NCBI RefSeq assembly: GCF_030684315.1
Contig: NC_081397.1
Span: forward strand, 10,998,421 to 11,062,420
Direction of reading: 5' to 3'
Source: Stegostoma tigrinum
Taxonomy: Eukaryota
DNA: 64,000 bases
Shown here one piece after another: positions 27,456 to 39,990 of the stretch. A program made the position numbers and the translations under genes. Position 1 is the stretch's first letter; the number at the start of each line of letters is the position of its first letter. The notes under the pieces were generated by a model. The model saw only the letters and a program-made list of their open reading frames with translations, made no database searches and was not told the DNA's origin.

Positions 27456-27879
27456 CTGGAGAAAGACAAAAGAGAATTCTCCCGTAAATCGACATCTACC
27501 GAGTTTCAAAATATCAAAGCTCATCAATAGAAAATTTCGTGAATACTCATGATAATTCCTTGTTTTAAAGCCAACGAGTCGAACAGAAAAGAGTCCGGTT
27601 ACACAACTAACCCGGGTTCCTCCTCTTTCTTTTAGCGAAATTCTAAAACAATTTACTAAGATACAAAAGCTAACCAGATCCACGAATGGAATGCTTACAC
27701 GGTTCAATATCCAGCTCCCAATACACGAACTATTGAAGGGAAGCACAACAGGCACGATTTCAAATATTTTGCTGGAAACTCTTAATCCGGTGACTGCTAT
27801 ATTTCTCCTTCGCGGGATGAGCCCGTTTGCACACACTGCTTTGTTTTATTCACGGTTCAATGCAAACTCGCAACTAACA

Positions 27880-28470
27880 GCGTGAAACAGCAGCCAAACA
27901 ATGAATTTCCATCAGTGTTTAGAACACTAAAAGCTACAAGCCTGACCCCCAGCAGCAGCTTCTTGCCGCTGCGTCTCCCTCAGGAGGCCCACACACAGCC
28001 CGAGAAAGGCCTCCCTCTCCCCGCCCCCAGGCCGCTCACTCCAAGTTCCGGGACCAGTTCCTGCTCCGCTCTCTGATAAAGGGTCTCGGCCCGAAACGTC
28101 AGCTTTTGTGCTCCTGAGATGCTGCTTGGCCTGCTGTGCTCATCCAGCCTCACATTTTATTATCCTGCTCCGCTCGGCCTCTTACCAACAGTCCCCGGGT
28201 CTCCCTGAACTGAGCCCGAATCAATGCCAGTCTCGGAGCCCACTCTGTGTCCCAGACTCACATCTCGATGCGCTGCTGGAAGGAGCCTGCTGTTCCCTCG
28301 CTTCCCTGGGCGCTGGTCTCTCCATTGCGGCCTGTTTCAAACAAACCTCTTCCACTCACTGAGTCAATGCCCTTCAATAGCGGCTCAGCGGAAAGCTTCA
28401 CGCATGCGCTCCTCTGGTCAGCAACAAGCAGCTTTTTCGGGGTGGGCATAGCAAGGATCACGCATGCGCT
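27880..28470 (-). other. Conserved head of multicopy unit, copy D (exon 1 28262-28325)
   Basis: Two NRF1-like sites (28400-28409, 28460-28469), TGACTCA, ATG exon identical in protein to copy A, GTGAGT donor; interrupted by a 91-bp insertion. Confidence 0.65.
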
Positions 28471-29419
28471 GCTTTCCCCGCTGTGTCCCAGAAACAAACA
28501 TCAATTGGTTACTTCCCCAATTCCCTTTCCTCCCAGTTTAAGCAAAGCGAATGGAGGCTGTGGGGGAAATGGCATAAAGTGTTTCAAACTGGGGCATTGG
28601 CCCTTTGTGAAGCTCCAATGGAGCTCATTCCCGGGTCATGTTAATATCTGCCTCCCCCCGGCTTTCTCACAACCTGGTGGGGAAGCGGAGAAGCTGGCAG
28701 CCGTTCGGCCCATTTAATATTCTCTACTATCAATAAAATCACGTCTGATCTCATGTTAACTGTGATATTTAATTCTGCTGGCCTTCGTCCCATATTGACT
28801 CACAGAGCGATGGAATAAATGCGACATTATGACGAAGGCAGAATGTAACTGCTGTGGGAAGTCTTGCAGCGCAGAGGTAGTTTCCCTATTTCTGGGTCAG
28901 GTGGGCCGTCCTAAAGCCACACCCGGACCAGAGGAGTGTAATAATATCCCTGGGCCCGATGCAAATACCAGTTTGGAATTGATGACTGATTTTATTCTCA
29001 GTATGCTGCAGGCAGAAACCTTGTGATGAATGGGTTACCGCAACGAATGACCCACCTGTTTTTTCTGGTTTGCGCATTCCTGGGAAGAGGACGTCTCTGG
29101 CTTGGTCCAGCATTTATTGCGCGTCCCTAGTTTCCCCCATTGAGAAGTTGGTGCTGAGCCACCTTCTAAAATAGTTCTGGTCCATGTGCTGCCCACATTG
29201 CAGTTCGCAGGTAGATCCAGGGTCTTGATTCAGAGACAGTGAAGGCAAGGGGACGTATTTCCAAGTTAGGATTGTGCGTGATTGGAGGGGAACGTGCCTA
29301 GTATCAAGGTGGTGTTCCTCCACATCAACTGCCCAAGCCCTTTCAAATTGATATATTCGTGAGTATGGATGGTGGTCTTTTTACAGTCTACAAAACTGTC
29401 ATTTTAGAGGGCTATTTAA

Positions 29420-29995
29420 CACCGTTTTTGAAATTTGAGAAGAGATTCACTAGTATTTGCAGAGTATGTAAGGCTCGAGTCATATAGAAAGGATGGATAG
29501 GGGTCAAGATCCATAACGTTTCCTGTCCCTAAGATGCTGCTTGACCTGCTAGGTTCATTCAGTTCCACACCGTGTTTTCATGGATAGGCTGGGGCTTTTT
29601 TTCACTGGAGAGTAGGATGTTGAGAAGTCACCTTCTCACAGTTTGTAAAATACTGATGGGGTGAGACAGAGTTAATGGTCGTTGAACTTTGTTTGGGATG
29701 GAGGGAATAGAAAACCAGGGCGGACATTTTAATGTTACAGGCGAGAGATTGAAAAAAAAGACACGAGGGGCGTTTTTTAAACATAGAACACGGAAGGATG
29801 TGGAATAAACTACCTGTCGAAATGGTCGACGTGGCTATAATGACATTAAAACGACATTTGGAGAAGTGCATAAACACGACAGTTTTGAAAAGAAATAGGT
29901 CAGGGACAGGTAGATGGAACTAATTCAATTTGGTATTATACTCGGCCTCTACTGATTGGACTGAACGGTCTGCATCCTCACTGTATGACTCTGTG
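29420..29995 (+). mobile_element. Eroded CR1 3' fragment (paralogous to part of 52460-52930)
   Basis: CR1 tail-like sequence; shared upstream of both H1 genes. Confidence 0.55.
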
Positions 29996-30804
29996 GGAGA
30001 AAAAAAACAGAGACAAGCCATTGAGTTGGATGATCTGCCATTTTCATGGTGAGTGGGAGGAGAGGTTTGAAGGGCTGATGGGTGTTATTTGCCCAGTTGC
30101 TATTCTTTACGTTTATATGAGTGTGATTCCCAGAAACGATGTTGAGTATTGTCACTGCAATTGAAAAAAAAACTGATCTCGGTGATCAATGTAACTTCAA
30201 ACCAGATGATTGGCTCTTGCAGCTGAATATGCAGCAGAGCGAATCTCCGGCGCACAAACCTCGGAGAGTTTCACAATTACTGAGGAGAAAAACTACAACT
30301 AATTCCCTGGGTACCGGAGCACAGGCTGAAAGGGGGAGAAAGTACATCCTCCCACAGGTACATTTAGAGATATTTCTGGCCTGTGACTGTATGGATGTGA
30401 ATATTGAGTCAGAGAGACTGTAGGAAAAGGGCGGGCGGGATAGTCACACGTAAATGTGCTTGTGTGTCCGCTCATATCATGATATTTCCACGTCTCTCTT
30501 GTGCAAATCAAAAAGATTTTCATTTCAAATCATCCCCCTGCTCCTCCACTAAACCCTAAAGATAGAATTCAAGGCAATATATTTGTTGATTTCAAGATTT
30601 CAGTCTAAAAATGATGATAATGCCAGCGCTCAGCTCAGACAGCGCGATCAGTGCAGCAGCAAAATGCGGTAAAATCGACAACGGAGCCGTCAATTCGAGT
30701 GAAAACCTTTCAGCCGCAAACCTTCCCGTGTCAGGGTCAGGAACGATCGAGCCTGGCTCTCTGGAGATGCGGAATGGCAGAGGAATTGGAGAGTTTGTGC
30801 CGAG

Positions 30805-30885
30805 AGAGAAACACAGACAGGCAGCAGGAGCAGGGAGCTGAGGGCAGGTTGTCTCCGCGCCGTCCGCTCGCTGCCTTTAAGTTGC
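30805..30885 (+). promoter_or_regulatory. H1 promoter
   Basis: H1 box AAACACA at 30809-30815, CGTCCGC (HINFP-like) at 30861, TTTAA TATA variant at 30876; conserved in the other H1 copy. Confidence 0.7.
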
Positions 30886-30961
30886 TCAGTGCCGCCACCA
30901 GCAGCTTCATTGCTGACCCAGTTCAGTCTGACAGAGAGAGATTCAGCGCAGAGTTCCCGAC

Positions 30962-31600
30962 ATGAGCGACAGTGCAGCCGCCGAAACGGCTCCTCCAGCC
31001 TCCGGCAGCACCAAACCCAAGTCTCCAAAGAAGAAGAAGGCGGCGGCTCCCATGAAGAAACCAGCCGGTCCCGGGTTGGGCGAGCGGATTGTGAAGATTG
31101 TCGGGGAGAACAGCGATCGGAAGGGGACGTCTCTGGTCGCTATAAAGAAGGCGCTGCAGAGAAGCGGGGTCAATGTGGAGAAGCAAAATGCACAGATCAG
31201 GATGGCTGCTAAGAGGTGCCTGGCGAAAGGCTCCCTGGTTCTGGTGAAGGGCCAGGGCGTCTCCGGCTCCTTCAAACTCGCAAAGAATCCAGTCAAGGCA
31301 AAAGTGGGAAAGAAGGCGAGACCAGCAGCAGCCACCAAGAAAGCAGCCGTGAAGAAAACAACGGCCAAGAAGGTGGCAGCGAAGAAGTCCCCAGCCAAGA
31401 AAGCAACAGGCAAGAAAGCGGGCGGCAAGAAGGCAGCAACGCCAAAGAAAGCGGCGAAGAAAGCAGCGCCGAAGAAAAAGACTCCCGTGAAGAAGGTGAC
31501 AAAGACCAAGAGCCCCAAGGCCGCCAAGCCGGCCCCGAAATCGAGGAAACCGAAGGCCAAGCCCAAAGCGAAAGTGACCAAGAAAGCAGCAAAGAAATGA
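30962..31600 (+). CDS. H1: Histone H1 (linker histone, 212 aa)
   Basis: N-tail MSDSAAAETAPP, winged-helix globular domain (RKGTSLVAIKKAL...KGQGVSGSFKL), K/A/P-rich C-tail with S/TPxK motifs. Confidence 0.98.
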   Translation: MSDSAAAETAPPASGSTKPKSPKKKKAAAPMKKPAGPGLGERIVKIVGENSDRKGTSLVAIKKALQRSGVNVEKQNAQIRMAAKRCLAKGSLVLVKGQGVSGSFKLAKNPVKAKVGKKARPAAATKKAAVKKTTAKKVAAKKSPAKKATGKKAGGKKAATPKKAAKKAAPKKKTPVKKVTKTKSPKAAKPAPKSRKPKAKPKAKVTKKAAKK

Positions 31601-31636
31601 AGCAGTCCGTGTAACATGTAACAAACTGAACCCAAA

Positions 31637-31652
31637 GGCTCTTCTCAGAGCC
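31637..31652 (+). terminator. Histone 3' stem-loop (H1)
   Basis: GGCTCTTCTCAGAGCC then GAAAGAGCTG U7-binding downstream element. Confidence 0.95.
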
Positions 31653-32524
31653 GCCCACATCTCTCAGGAAAGAGCTGAGCCCGGATCGAATGATCCCTGA
31701 AATAACATGGTGCAGAGCTGGATGACCATAACAGGCCAAGCAGCATCAGAGGAGCAGGAAAGCTGACGTTTCGGGCCCAGATCCTTCTTCCTGCTTCTCT
31801 GGTGCTGCTCGGCTTGCTCTGTCCATCCGACTCTACACCTTGTTATTTCAGATTGTCCAGCATCTGTAATTCCGTCTATCTCTCAAATGATCCCTGTCCC
31901 GGTTCCGAGTGCAGACACAGCATAAACTTGAATTGATTCGAGTAACTGAAATATCACATTTCCGAGAGCAGAGACTGAGAATGGGGATGGTATCACATGG
32001 GGAGGGTCACTGGAACTGCATCTGGCTATTTCATACCGCGACTTGTAATTCTGCCCAGACACAAATCTTACATAATGCAGGAAATGCATCTCATTAACCC
32101 TTCCAGGAATGTTAATTTGTTTAATTTTGATGATAGGACCTCTGGCGATGTTTTAACGGTGTATTCCTCCCATTTACCTGCGAAACACATTTCAGGCAGT
32201 AATTCCAAATTGTGTTCGGAATGTTTACAATCTGGGAGAAATAAACATGTCCCGAAAAAAAGGGATTTTGCAATTAATCGCTTTGAAGAAGTTTAATTCG
32301 GCGTGTTTGATAAGATTGATTACCCACGGTTACACGGCCGGTTGATCAGTTTGCCTGGGCTGTATCAATCTCCGCGCTTCCCTCCTGCCTGTTACAGACA
32401 GATCAGGCAATGATCCCGTGTCCTGTCCGCGCTGTGGGCAAGGTCGGTTTCAAGCAAATTGGTGTGTTAGCAGCGCAGGGGTGTTCCTTCCTCCCAAACC
32501 ACCAAGACGCCGGCAGCCGATGAA

Positions 32525-32960
32525 AGGAGCGCATGCGTGAGACCCTCCCCCAGTGATGGCATTGAGGAGTGTTGACTCAGTGAATGTAAGAGGTTTGTTT
32601 GAAACAGGCCGCAATGGAGAGACCAGCGCCCAGGGAAGCGAGGGAACAGCAGGCTCCTTCCAGCAGCACATCGAGATGTGAGTCTGGGACACAGAAGGGG
32701 CTCCGAGACCGGCACTGATTCGCGCTCAGTTCAGGGAGAACCGGGGGCTGTTGGTCAGAGGCGGAGGGGAGCAGGAACTGGTCCCGGAACTTGGAGTGAG
32801 CGGCCTGGGGGCGGGGAGAGAGAGGCCTTTCTCGGGCTGTGTGTGGGCCTGCTGAGGGAGACACAGCCGCAAGAAGCTGCTGCTGGGGATCAGTCTTGTA
32901 GTTTTTAGTCTTCTAAACACTGATGGAAATTCATTGTTTGGCTGCTGTTTCACGCTGTTA
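32525..32960 (+). other. Conserved head of multicopy unit, copy E (exon 1 32614-32677)
   Basis: GCGCATGCGT at 32529, TGACTCA, gccgcaATGG at 32614, GTGAGT at 32678. Confidence 0.65.
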
Positions 32961-33465
32961 GTTGCCAGTTGTGGGGCTTCCGATAAAGGACGTAGATTGG
33001 AGTTAACAGATTATACGTCTCGGGGGGAAAAAACACATTTGAAACAGCGGCTGCTGTTCTTTTCAACAGTGTGTTGGGATCTGGTAACATGAGCTGTGTC
33101 AACAGTGTAGCATCTTCAGGTCGCACCTCAGATGGAGCTTTGCAATTATTGCTCAGTTTCTGAATCTCACTCCGTTGGTATCGAATTACATATTTGAAAA
33201 AAAATTCCTCAGACAAGGAGCAGCTCGATGTAAGAATGGAATCAGACTTGTGTTTGAATTGATGCCCTTTAAAGAAAAGACTGTGTCAAGAGAATTCTAT
33301 GCTGTTGTCCAACAGGTTTATTTTGGAGTTCTGTTGCTTTGGGAGCTGAAGTTCAAGAAACGAAACACCCTAAAAACTGTTCACTGAATATATGTTAATC
33401 TGATTGATATTGTCAAATTTGGCTGATGTTGATTTACAGGAGATAACTCTTCTGTCTTCCTCCAG

Positions 33466-33537
33466 GAAAGTACTCGCAGAAACAATATTTCCTTGTTACA
33501 AAGCCAAGTGTGAGCAGTTGCTTCTAACTAACACCAG
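33466..33537 (+). other. Degenerate exon 2, copy E (72 nt, GC donor)
   Basis: tcttcctccag| ... CAG|gcatgt; 10 nt shorter than the other copies. Confidence 0.4.
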
Positions 33538-33854
33538 GCATGTTCCTGTGATCAGAATGGAGAATATCTTTTCCATAGTCAGAGTGGATTGGATCAGACT
33601 TGTATGAGCTCAATTTCCAGAGACTTGTCCATGGAAACAACTAACCAAGCACAACTGAGGAAAGGCAAGTTTATTTTTTTTGTTTTCATTGTCAATTGAC
33701 ATCATGCTCGTTCCAATTAATATCATTTGTCGCCCATTTACATTCACATCATGTTTGAAATGTTAACAGCTGACTCCTTGTTGAAAGTACTGAAAACAGG
33801 AACTGGATCAAGTTTGCATTTCGGAAAGGTGTTTTATAATATCTCAAACCGGAT

Positions 33855-35655
33855 AGAGAGACTCCTCCTACCACCCCCTTTGATCATGACCCTGCTCCAA
33901 TCGCCAAAACAATATCAACTCCCAGACCATCCTCAACCTCAGCACCTCAGGTACTCTCCTGCCAACAGCCTCTGACCTCATCTTTCCCCAATGCCATGTT
34001 AACTGTTTCTGCCTTATCCCCAAAATCCACATACCCGACTGCCCCGTTGATGCACACTGTCTCTCACGCTCCCACTTTCTGCAGTCAAATTGGGTGGCCA
34101 CGGGTACCCACATGGGCCCAAGCTATTCCTGCCTCTTGTAGGATACATGGACCAGCCCCTCTTCTGCAGCTACACTGTCCCCACCCCCACCTCTTCCTCT
34201 GTTATTTCAATGACTGTATCGGTGCCACCTCGTACTCCCTCAAGGAACTCACAGTTCATCCACTTTACTAACAGCTTCCACCCCAAGTTTAACTTCACCT
34301 GGACCATCTTAAGTACATCTCTCTCCTTCCTGGACAACTCTGTTTGTTTGCATTTCTGGAAACTGGTAACTAATTCAAGCCAACCGACTGTCACAGCTAC
34401 CTAGAATACACCTCCCCTCCCCTACCTTCCTGCAAGAATGCCATCCCCTATTCCCAATTCCTTCCTCTGTTTCATCTGCTCCCGAGATGAGGCATTCCAA
34501 TCCCGGTCATTGCAGACGTCCTTGTTTTTCAAGGACTGCCATTTCCACTCCACAGTGGCTGAATATGCCCTTGACCTCATCGCTCTCATTTCTGCAACTT
34601 GCCCCTTAGACACCCTCTTCACAATAACAAAAAAGACAGAATCTCCTTTGTCATCACGGATCACTCCAACAAACTCAGGATTCAACGCATCTTCCTCCGC
34701 CACTTCTGCCACCTTCAATCTCACCCCACTCCCAAGGACACTTTTCCCTCCCCAACCCTATCAACCTTCCAGAGGGACTGCTCTCTCTGACTCCCTCATC
34801 CACTCCACACTCCCCATAGCCCCACCGCCCCTGGCACATTTCACTGGAACCACAGGAAGTGCTACACCTGCCCCAATATCTCTCTCCCCTTATCTCCATC
34901 CCAGGTCCCAAGAAAACCTTCCATGTTAAACAGATGTTCATCTGTATGTCCAGTAATACATTGTGTTGTGTCCACTGTTCCCGATGTGGCTCCCTCTACA
35001 TTGGGGAAACCAAGCGGAGGCTTGGAAACCACTTTGAACACCTACGCTCACATCGTGACAAACGACTGCACCTCCCCAGTCATGAACCACTTCAACACCC
35101 CCTCCCACTCGTTGGACGACATGTCCATCCCAGGCCGCCTCCAGTGCCACAACATTGCCACCGGAAGGGTGCACGAGCAGCAGCTCGTATTTCACTTGGG
35201 AGCCCTGCAGCACAATGTTCTTAACAAGGGCGTCAAAATCTGTCCACCCCAAACCCATCCCTGCCTCCTTGACCTGTCCATCTTTTCTCCAACCAATCTG
35301 CTTCTCCCACCTCACTGATCAACCCCCACCCGCACTTTGGCCTACTAACCTTAGCCCTGCCTCCTTGACCTGTCAGCCTTCCCTCAACCCAAATCTGACC
35401 TCCCTCCCTACACTTACCGTTACTGGCTCCAGCCCTGCCTCCTTGACTGGCCATCTTTTCTCCACCTATCTGGTCCTTTATCCACCTTTCGTCATCATCT
35501 CCTCACTTCTCTCTATTTATTGCAGAGTCCCTTTCTCTTCCCTCTTCCCCCCCCCCCCCCATTTCTGACAGAAGGGTCCAATCCAAAAATGTCAGCTCTC
35601 CTGCTCCTCTGCTGCCTGACCTGCTGTATTCATCCAGCTCTACACCTTGTTACCC
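33855..35655 (+). mobile_element. Neptune-type Penelope-like retroelement, truncated
   Basis: RT remnant (gtacccacatgggcccaagctat = THMGPSY; YFNDCIG), GIY-YIG SSNTLCCVHCSRCGSLYIGETKRRL, C/T-rich 3' region and terminal repeat. Confidence 0.88.
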
Positions 35656-36769
35656 CCTCAAAGGAAGACATGTTACATAGTTTGAACAACCACGTCTGAC
35701 AAGTAGCAAATCACTACTGAGCACATGCAAACACATAGACAAAGCTGCTGACTGAGTCCCAAATATGCTCATTGTATCAACACATAACATACAAAGACTG
35801 GGTATACATTGTTGTCATACACACTGCAGGGAACAGAAGCAAATACATAGAAAATGTTTACAGCTCTGTTTTAAGAAAAGCAAGAGAGTCTACCAGACAG
35901 AAAAAAATACCTTTCAGCCCATGGGGTTGATAGTAGACAAAAACAAGCACCTGACATTTCTGATCCCGTTCAGCCAGCATTCCATTTCAATAAGTGTGCC
36001 ATGGCAGTATACGATTTGCCAATCTACCTTATCACAGCGTGATTCTCAATGTGTTCACCTTCAGGAATAGAAACCATATTTTCCGTCTGTCTTGCAAAAT
36101 TTCTTTTTTTTGTGTGGGGTGAAGCATTGAAGTGAATTTGGCAACTAAGTTAAACAGTTTTCTAGTGTCACTTGTCCCTCCCAATGAAATATTCCAGAAA
36201 CACGCAAGAAAACAGAATGCTGTTTCTTCACGTTAGTGATGTAATCATCATTTAAAGCAACGAAGAATGATCCATTTAACTAAATCTTGTAATTGTCAAA
36301 TTTTACTTTCTCACAGTTCGACCATATTCAATAAGGTTAAATCTTCTCCACTGTAAGACAGAAAATACAATTCCTTTTTCTTTCTTCATCCCCACGACAG
36401 CGCATTGTCAGTGTATTGCTGATGCCATGTGCCATTGCACAACAGAGCAGGGTTCTGTTATATCCATGGTAGTATAATTTAAGTGAATTAGCCGATACCC
36501 TTCCCTGTAGAAGGAACCTCGTGGTCATTCAGCTGAATACAGTTGATTTGTTCATTGCCCTTTTCTTTAGACTCAAAGAAAGGAATGCCACATCAATCTA
36601 TTCCCTCAGCATTATTCACAAAATTCTGTTCCTGTGTACACAGAAAAGCTGATGTCACCTTGAAGAACAGCCCTTGATACAATTTCTGTCAGTTAGACTC
36701 TGCTCTCTTGGAGTTACAAAACCTTTTTGCTTTTACATTACACAATCCATTGCACAAAACAAATGCATG

Positions 36770-37255
36770 GAGCAATAACTGACAGGCACAGGCTGATAAC
36801 TGCACTCCTGCGTTCTTAAAGCAGAAACTGACAGGCTTGGGCTGATAACTAAACTCGGAGGTTCACAAAGCAGCAGCTGGCATGTACAGATTGATAACTA
36901 TACTTTGATATTCACAGAGCAGAAACAGACAGAGAAAGATTGACATCTGTACTCTTATTCATGTGGTATAAACATTATAGGTACAGATTTCTAACTCCAC
37001 TCATTAACACACCGAGCAGAAACTGACAAGGAGAAATTATTTATATTTCAATACCAGGACTGGCAAATCCAAATTGCTAAGCACATTCACAGCACACTCA
37101 CTGGCTGATAGGGAACGATTGATAAATGTCCTGAAATAGTCATGTAACAGAGACTACCAGTTACAGATTTATAACTGCACAATCAGACACACAGCTGAAA
37201 CTGACAGGGACTGACCGGTAAATGGACTCGGACATTCGTCTGGTAGTTAATGACA
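36770..37255 (+). repeat. Degenerate ~49-bp tandem repeat array
   Basis: GATAACT at 36795, 36844, 36893 and homolog at 36942 (period 49). Confidence 0.85.
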
Positions 37256-37257
37256 AA

Positions 37258-38682
37258 ACATAGAACGTAGAACATTACAGCACAGTACAGGCCCTTTGGC
37301 CCTCGATGTTGTTGTGCCGACCTGTCATACCGATCTCAAGCCCATCTAACCTACGCTATTCCATGTACGTCCATATACTTATCCAATGACGCCTTAAATG
37401 TACCCAAAGTTGGCGAATCTACTACCGTTGCAGGCAAAGTGTTCCATTCCCTTACTACTGAGTCAAGAAATTACCTCAGACATCTGTCCTATATCTTTCA
37501 CCCCTCAATTTAAAGCTATGCCCCCTCGTGCTCACCGTCACCATCCGAGGAAAAAGGTTCTCCCTATCCACCCTATCTAACCCTCTGATTATTTTATATG
37601 TTTCAAGTCACCTCTCAACCTTCTTCTCTGTAATGTAAGTCCCTCAGCCTTTCCTCAAGACCTTCCCTCCATATCAGGCAACATCCTAGTAAATCTCCTC
37701 TGCACCATTTCCAAAGCTTCCACATCCTTCTTATAATGCGGTGACCAGAACTGCACACAATGCTCCAAGTGCAGCCGCACCAGAGTTTTGTATGGCTTCA
37801 CCATAACCTCTTGGTTCCAGAACTCGATGAATAAAAGCTGAAACACTGTATGCCACCTTAACACCCCTGTCAACCTGGGTGGCAACTTTCAAGGATCTGT
37901 GTACATGGACGCCGAGATCTCTCTGCTCATCTACACTCCTAAGAATCTTACCATTCGCCCTGTACTTTGCCTTCTGGTTGCTCCTACCAAAGTGCATCAC
38001 CTCATACTTGTCTGCATTAAAATCTATTTCCCACCTCTCAGCCCAGCTCTGCAGCTTATCGATGACTCTCTGCAACCTACAGCATCCTTCGTCACTATCC
38101 ACAACTCCACCGACCTTTGGTGTCGTCTGCAAATGTACTAACCCATCCTTCTACGCCCTCATCCAGGTCATTTATAAAAATGACAAACAGCAGTGGACCC
38201 AACAGCGACCCTTGCGGTACACCACTAGTAACTGCTCTCCAGGATGAACCTTTCCCATCAACTACCACCCTCTGTCTTCTTTCAGCAAGCCAATTTCCGA
38301 TCTAAACTGCTATATCTCCCACAATTCCATTCCTCCGCATTTTGCACAATAGCGTCTTGTGGGGAATCTTATCAAATGCCTTGCTGAAAACGATAAACAC
38401 CACATCAACCGGTTTACTCTCATCTACCTGTTTGGTCACCTTCTCAAAGAACTCTAAGGTTTGTGAGGCACGACCTTCCGTTAACAAAACCATGCTGACT
38501 ATCCCTAATCAATTTTATTCTTTTCTAGAATATAAATCCGATCCCTTATAACCTTTTCCAACACTTTACCAACAACTGTGGTAAGGCTCACTGGTCTATA
38601 ATTACCAGGGTTGTCTCTACTCCCCTTCTTGAACAGGGAAACCACATTTGCTACCCTCCAGTCATCTGGCACTATTCCTGAA
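37258..38682 (-). mobile_element. CR1 LINE ORF2 fragment with 3' tail
   Basis: PDDWRVANVVSLFKKGSRDNPGNYRPVSLT; FSKAFDKIPH; LVRLHLEHCVQFWSP; tail catagaacgtagaac. Confidence 0.93.
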
Positions 38683-38684
38683 CT

Positions 38685-39990
38685 TTTGATCACAAATCTA
38701 TCATATCCACACAGCAAAAACTGACAGAATCAGATTAATAATAAAACTCCCAGTTTCATATTTGTTTAAACTGACAGGTACAGTTTGATAACTATCAGAT
38801 TTTCACAGCAGAATCTGACAATAACTGATCGATTACTAAACTCAGACTGACAAGCAAATACAAAACAGGTATAGAAGTGACAACTACACTCATGCATTGA
38901 CCACCAGCAACTGATGTGTAGGTGCACAACTACACTCATTCACATGGCAGTAACAGAGAGCTACAGCTTAATAACTACAGTCACCCACCTGCATTACAGT
39001 AACTGTCAGGGGCAGGTTGATAACACTCACACATTGATGTGACGGAAACTGACATGTACTGATAATAACTAAACCCATCTATGGATACAGCAGAAACTGA
39101 TGGAGACTGATAATTGCACTTCCATTATCATTGCAGAAACTGAGATTTATAACTGCACCCTCTCATTCACATGACAAAAACTGAGTGTACAGATTTGATA
39201 ACCATAGGCACACATTTGCTTTGCAATATGTGACAGGGATGGGATAATCCTTCCTGCAAAATGTTACAAGAAAGCAAGAGAACTAATTAATTAATAATTC
39301 ACAGCAGAAACCTAGAGGTATAATCCTGATAATTACACAAGAATATTCACTGGGGAGACACTGACAAGGTTCAGATTGATAATGACAATCTCATTCATAC
39401 AACAGAAATTGGTTGGTACGCACTGAAAAGCACAGTCTCATAATTACAGAACAGAAACTGACAATCACAGACGGATAACTACATTTTCATATTCACATGT
39501 CTGAAAATGACTGTTAGGATTGAATGAATATGGTGCATTTTTACAAGCAGAAACATTCAAGGTTACGCTAACAACTGCACCCACACATTCAAAGCTCGGA
39601 ACTGACAGGTAAAGATGAAAAGCCAAGCTCACGTGTTGACATAGCAGAAACTGAGAAGCACAGTCTGAAGCCTGCTCTCTGACATTCAGATAGCAGAAAA
39701 CGACTGGCACAGATGGATAAGTATACTCACCTTGCAGACACTGACACGAACATTCCCACATCACCAACAATCAGGTAAAGACTTACAACGGCATTCTCAT
39801 ATTCACAAAGGGGGGGGAAAAAAATAATCACAGTCAAGTCCAATTTGATAACTTCTCAAATAAACACAGGGCAGAATCTCACAGGTCCCCGTCAGTCTCT
39901 GCTGTGTGAATACATAAGTAATTTAACAAAGGCTCACCAATGTGTGAGACATGAATAGATCAACAAATAAACTCATATCCACAGACCCAC
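38685..39990 (+). repeat. Degenerate ~49-bp tandem repeat array (continuation after a CR1 insertion)
   Basis: Many cagcagaaactgacagg..ttgataactacactc units. Confidence 0.85.

Noticed and set aside
30889-31739. Long antisense and alternative-frame ORFs over H1 (also over H1 copy 2, H3, H4, H2A, H2B)
   Set aside because: Shadow ORFs caused by GC-rich, biased histone codon usage; no independent promoter or homology
36770-39990. 49-bp period equals that of mammalian IgG switch repeats; CACAG resembles an RSS heptamer; array looks CRISPR-like
   Set aside because: No AGCT/G-rich switch composition, no RSS nonamer at 12/23 spacing, no Ig segments, no repeat-spacer structure or cas genes; eukaryotic satellite
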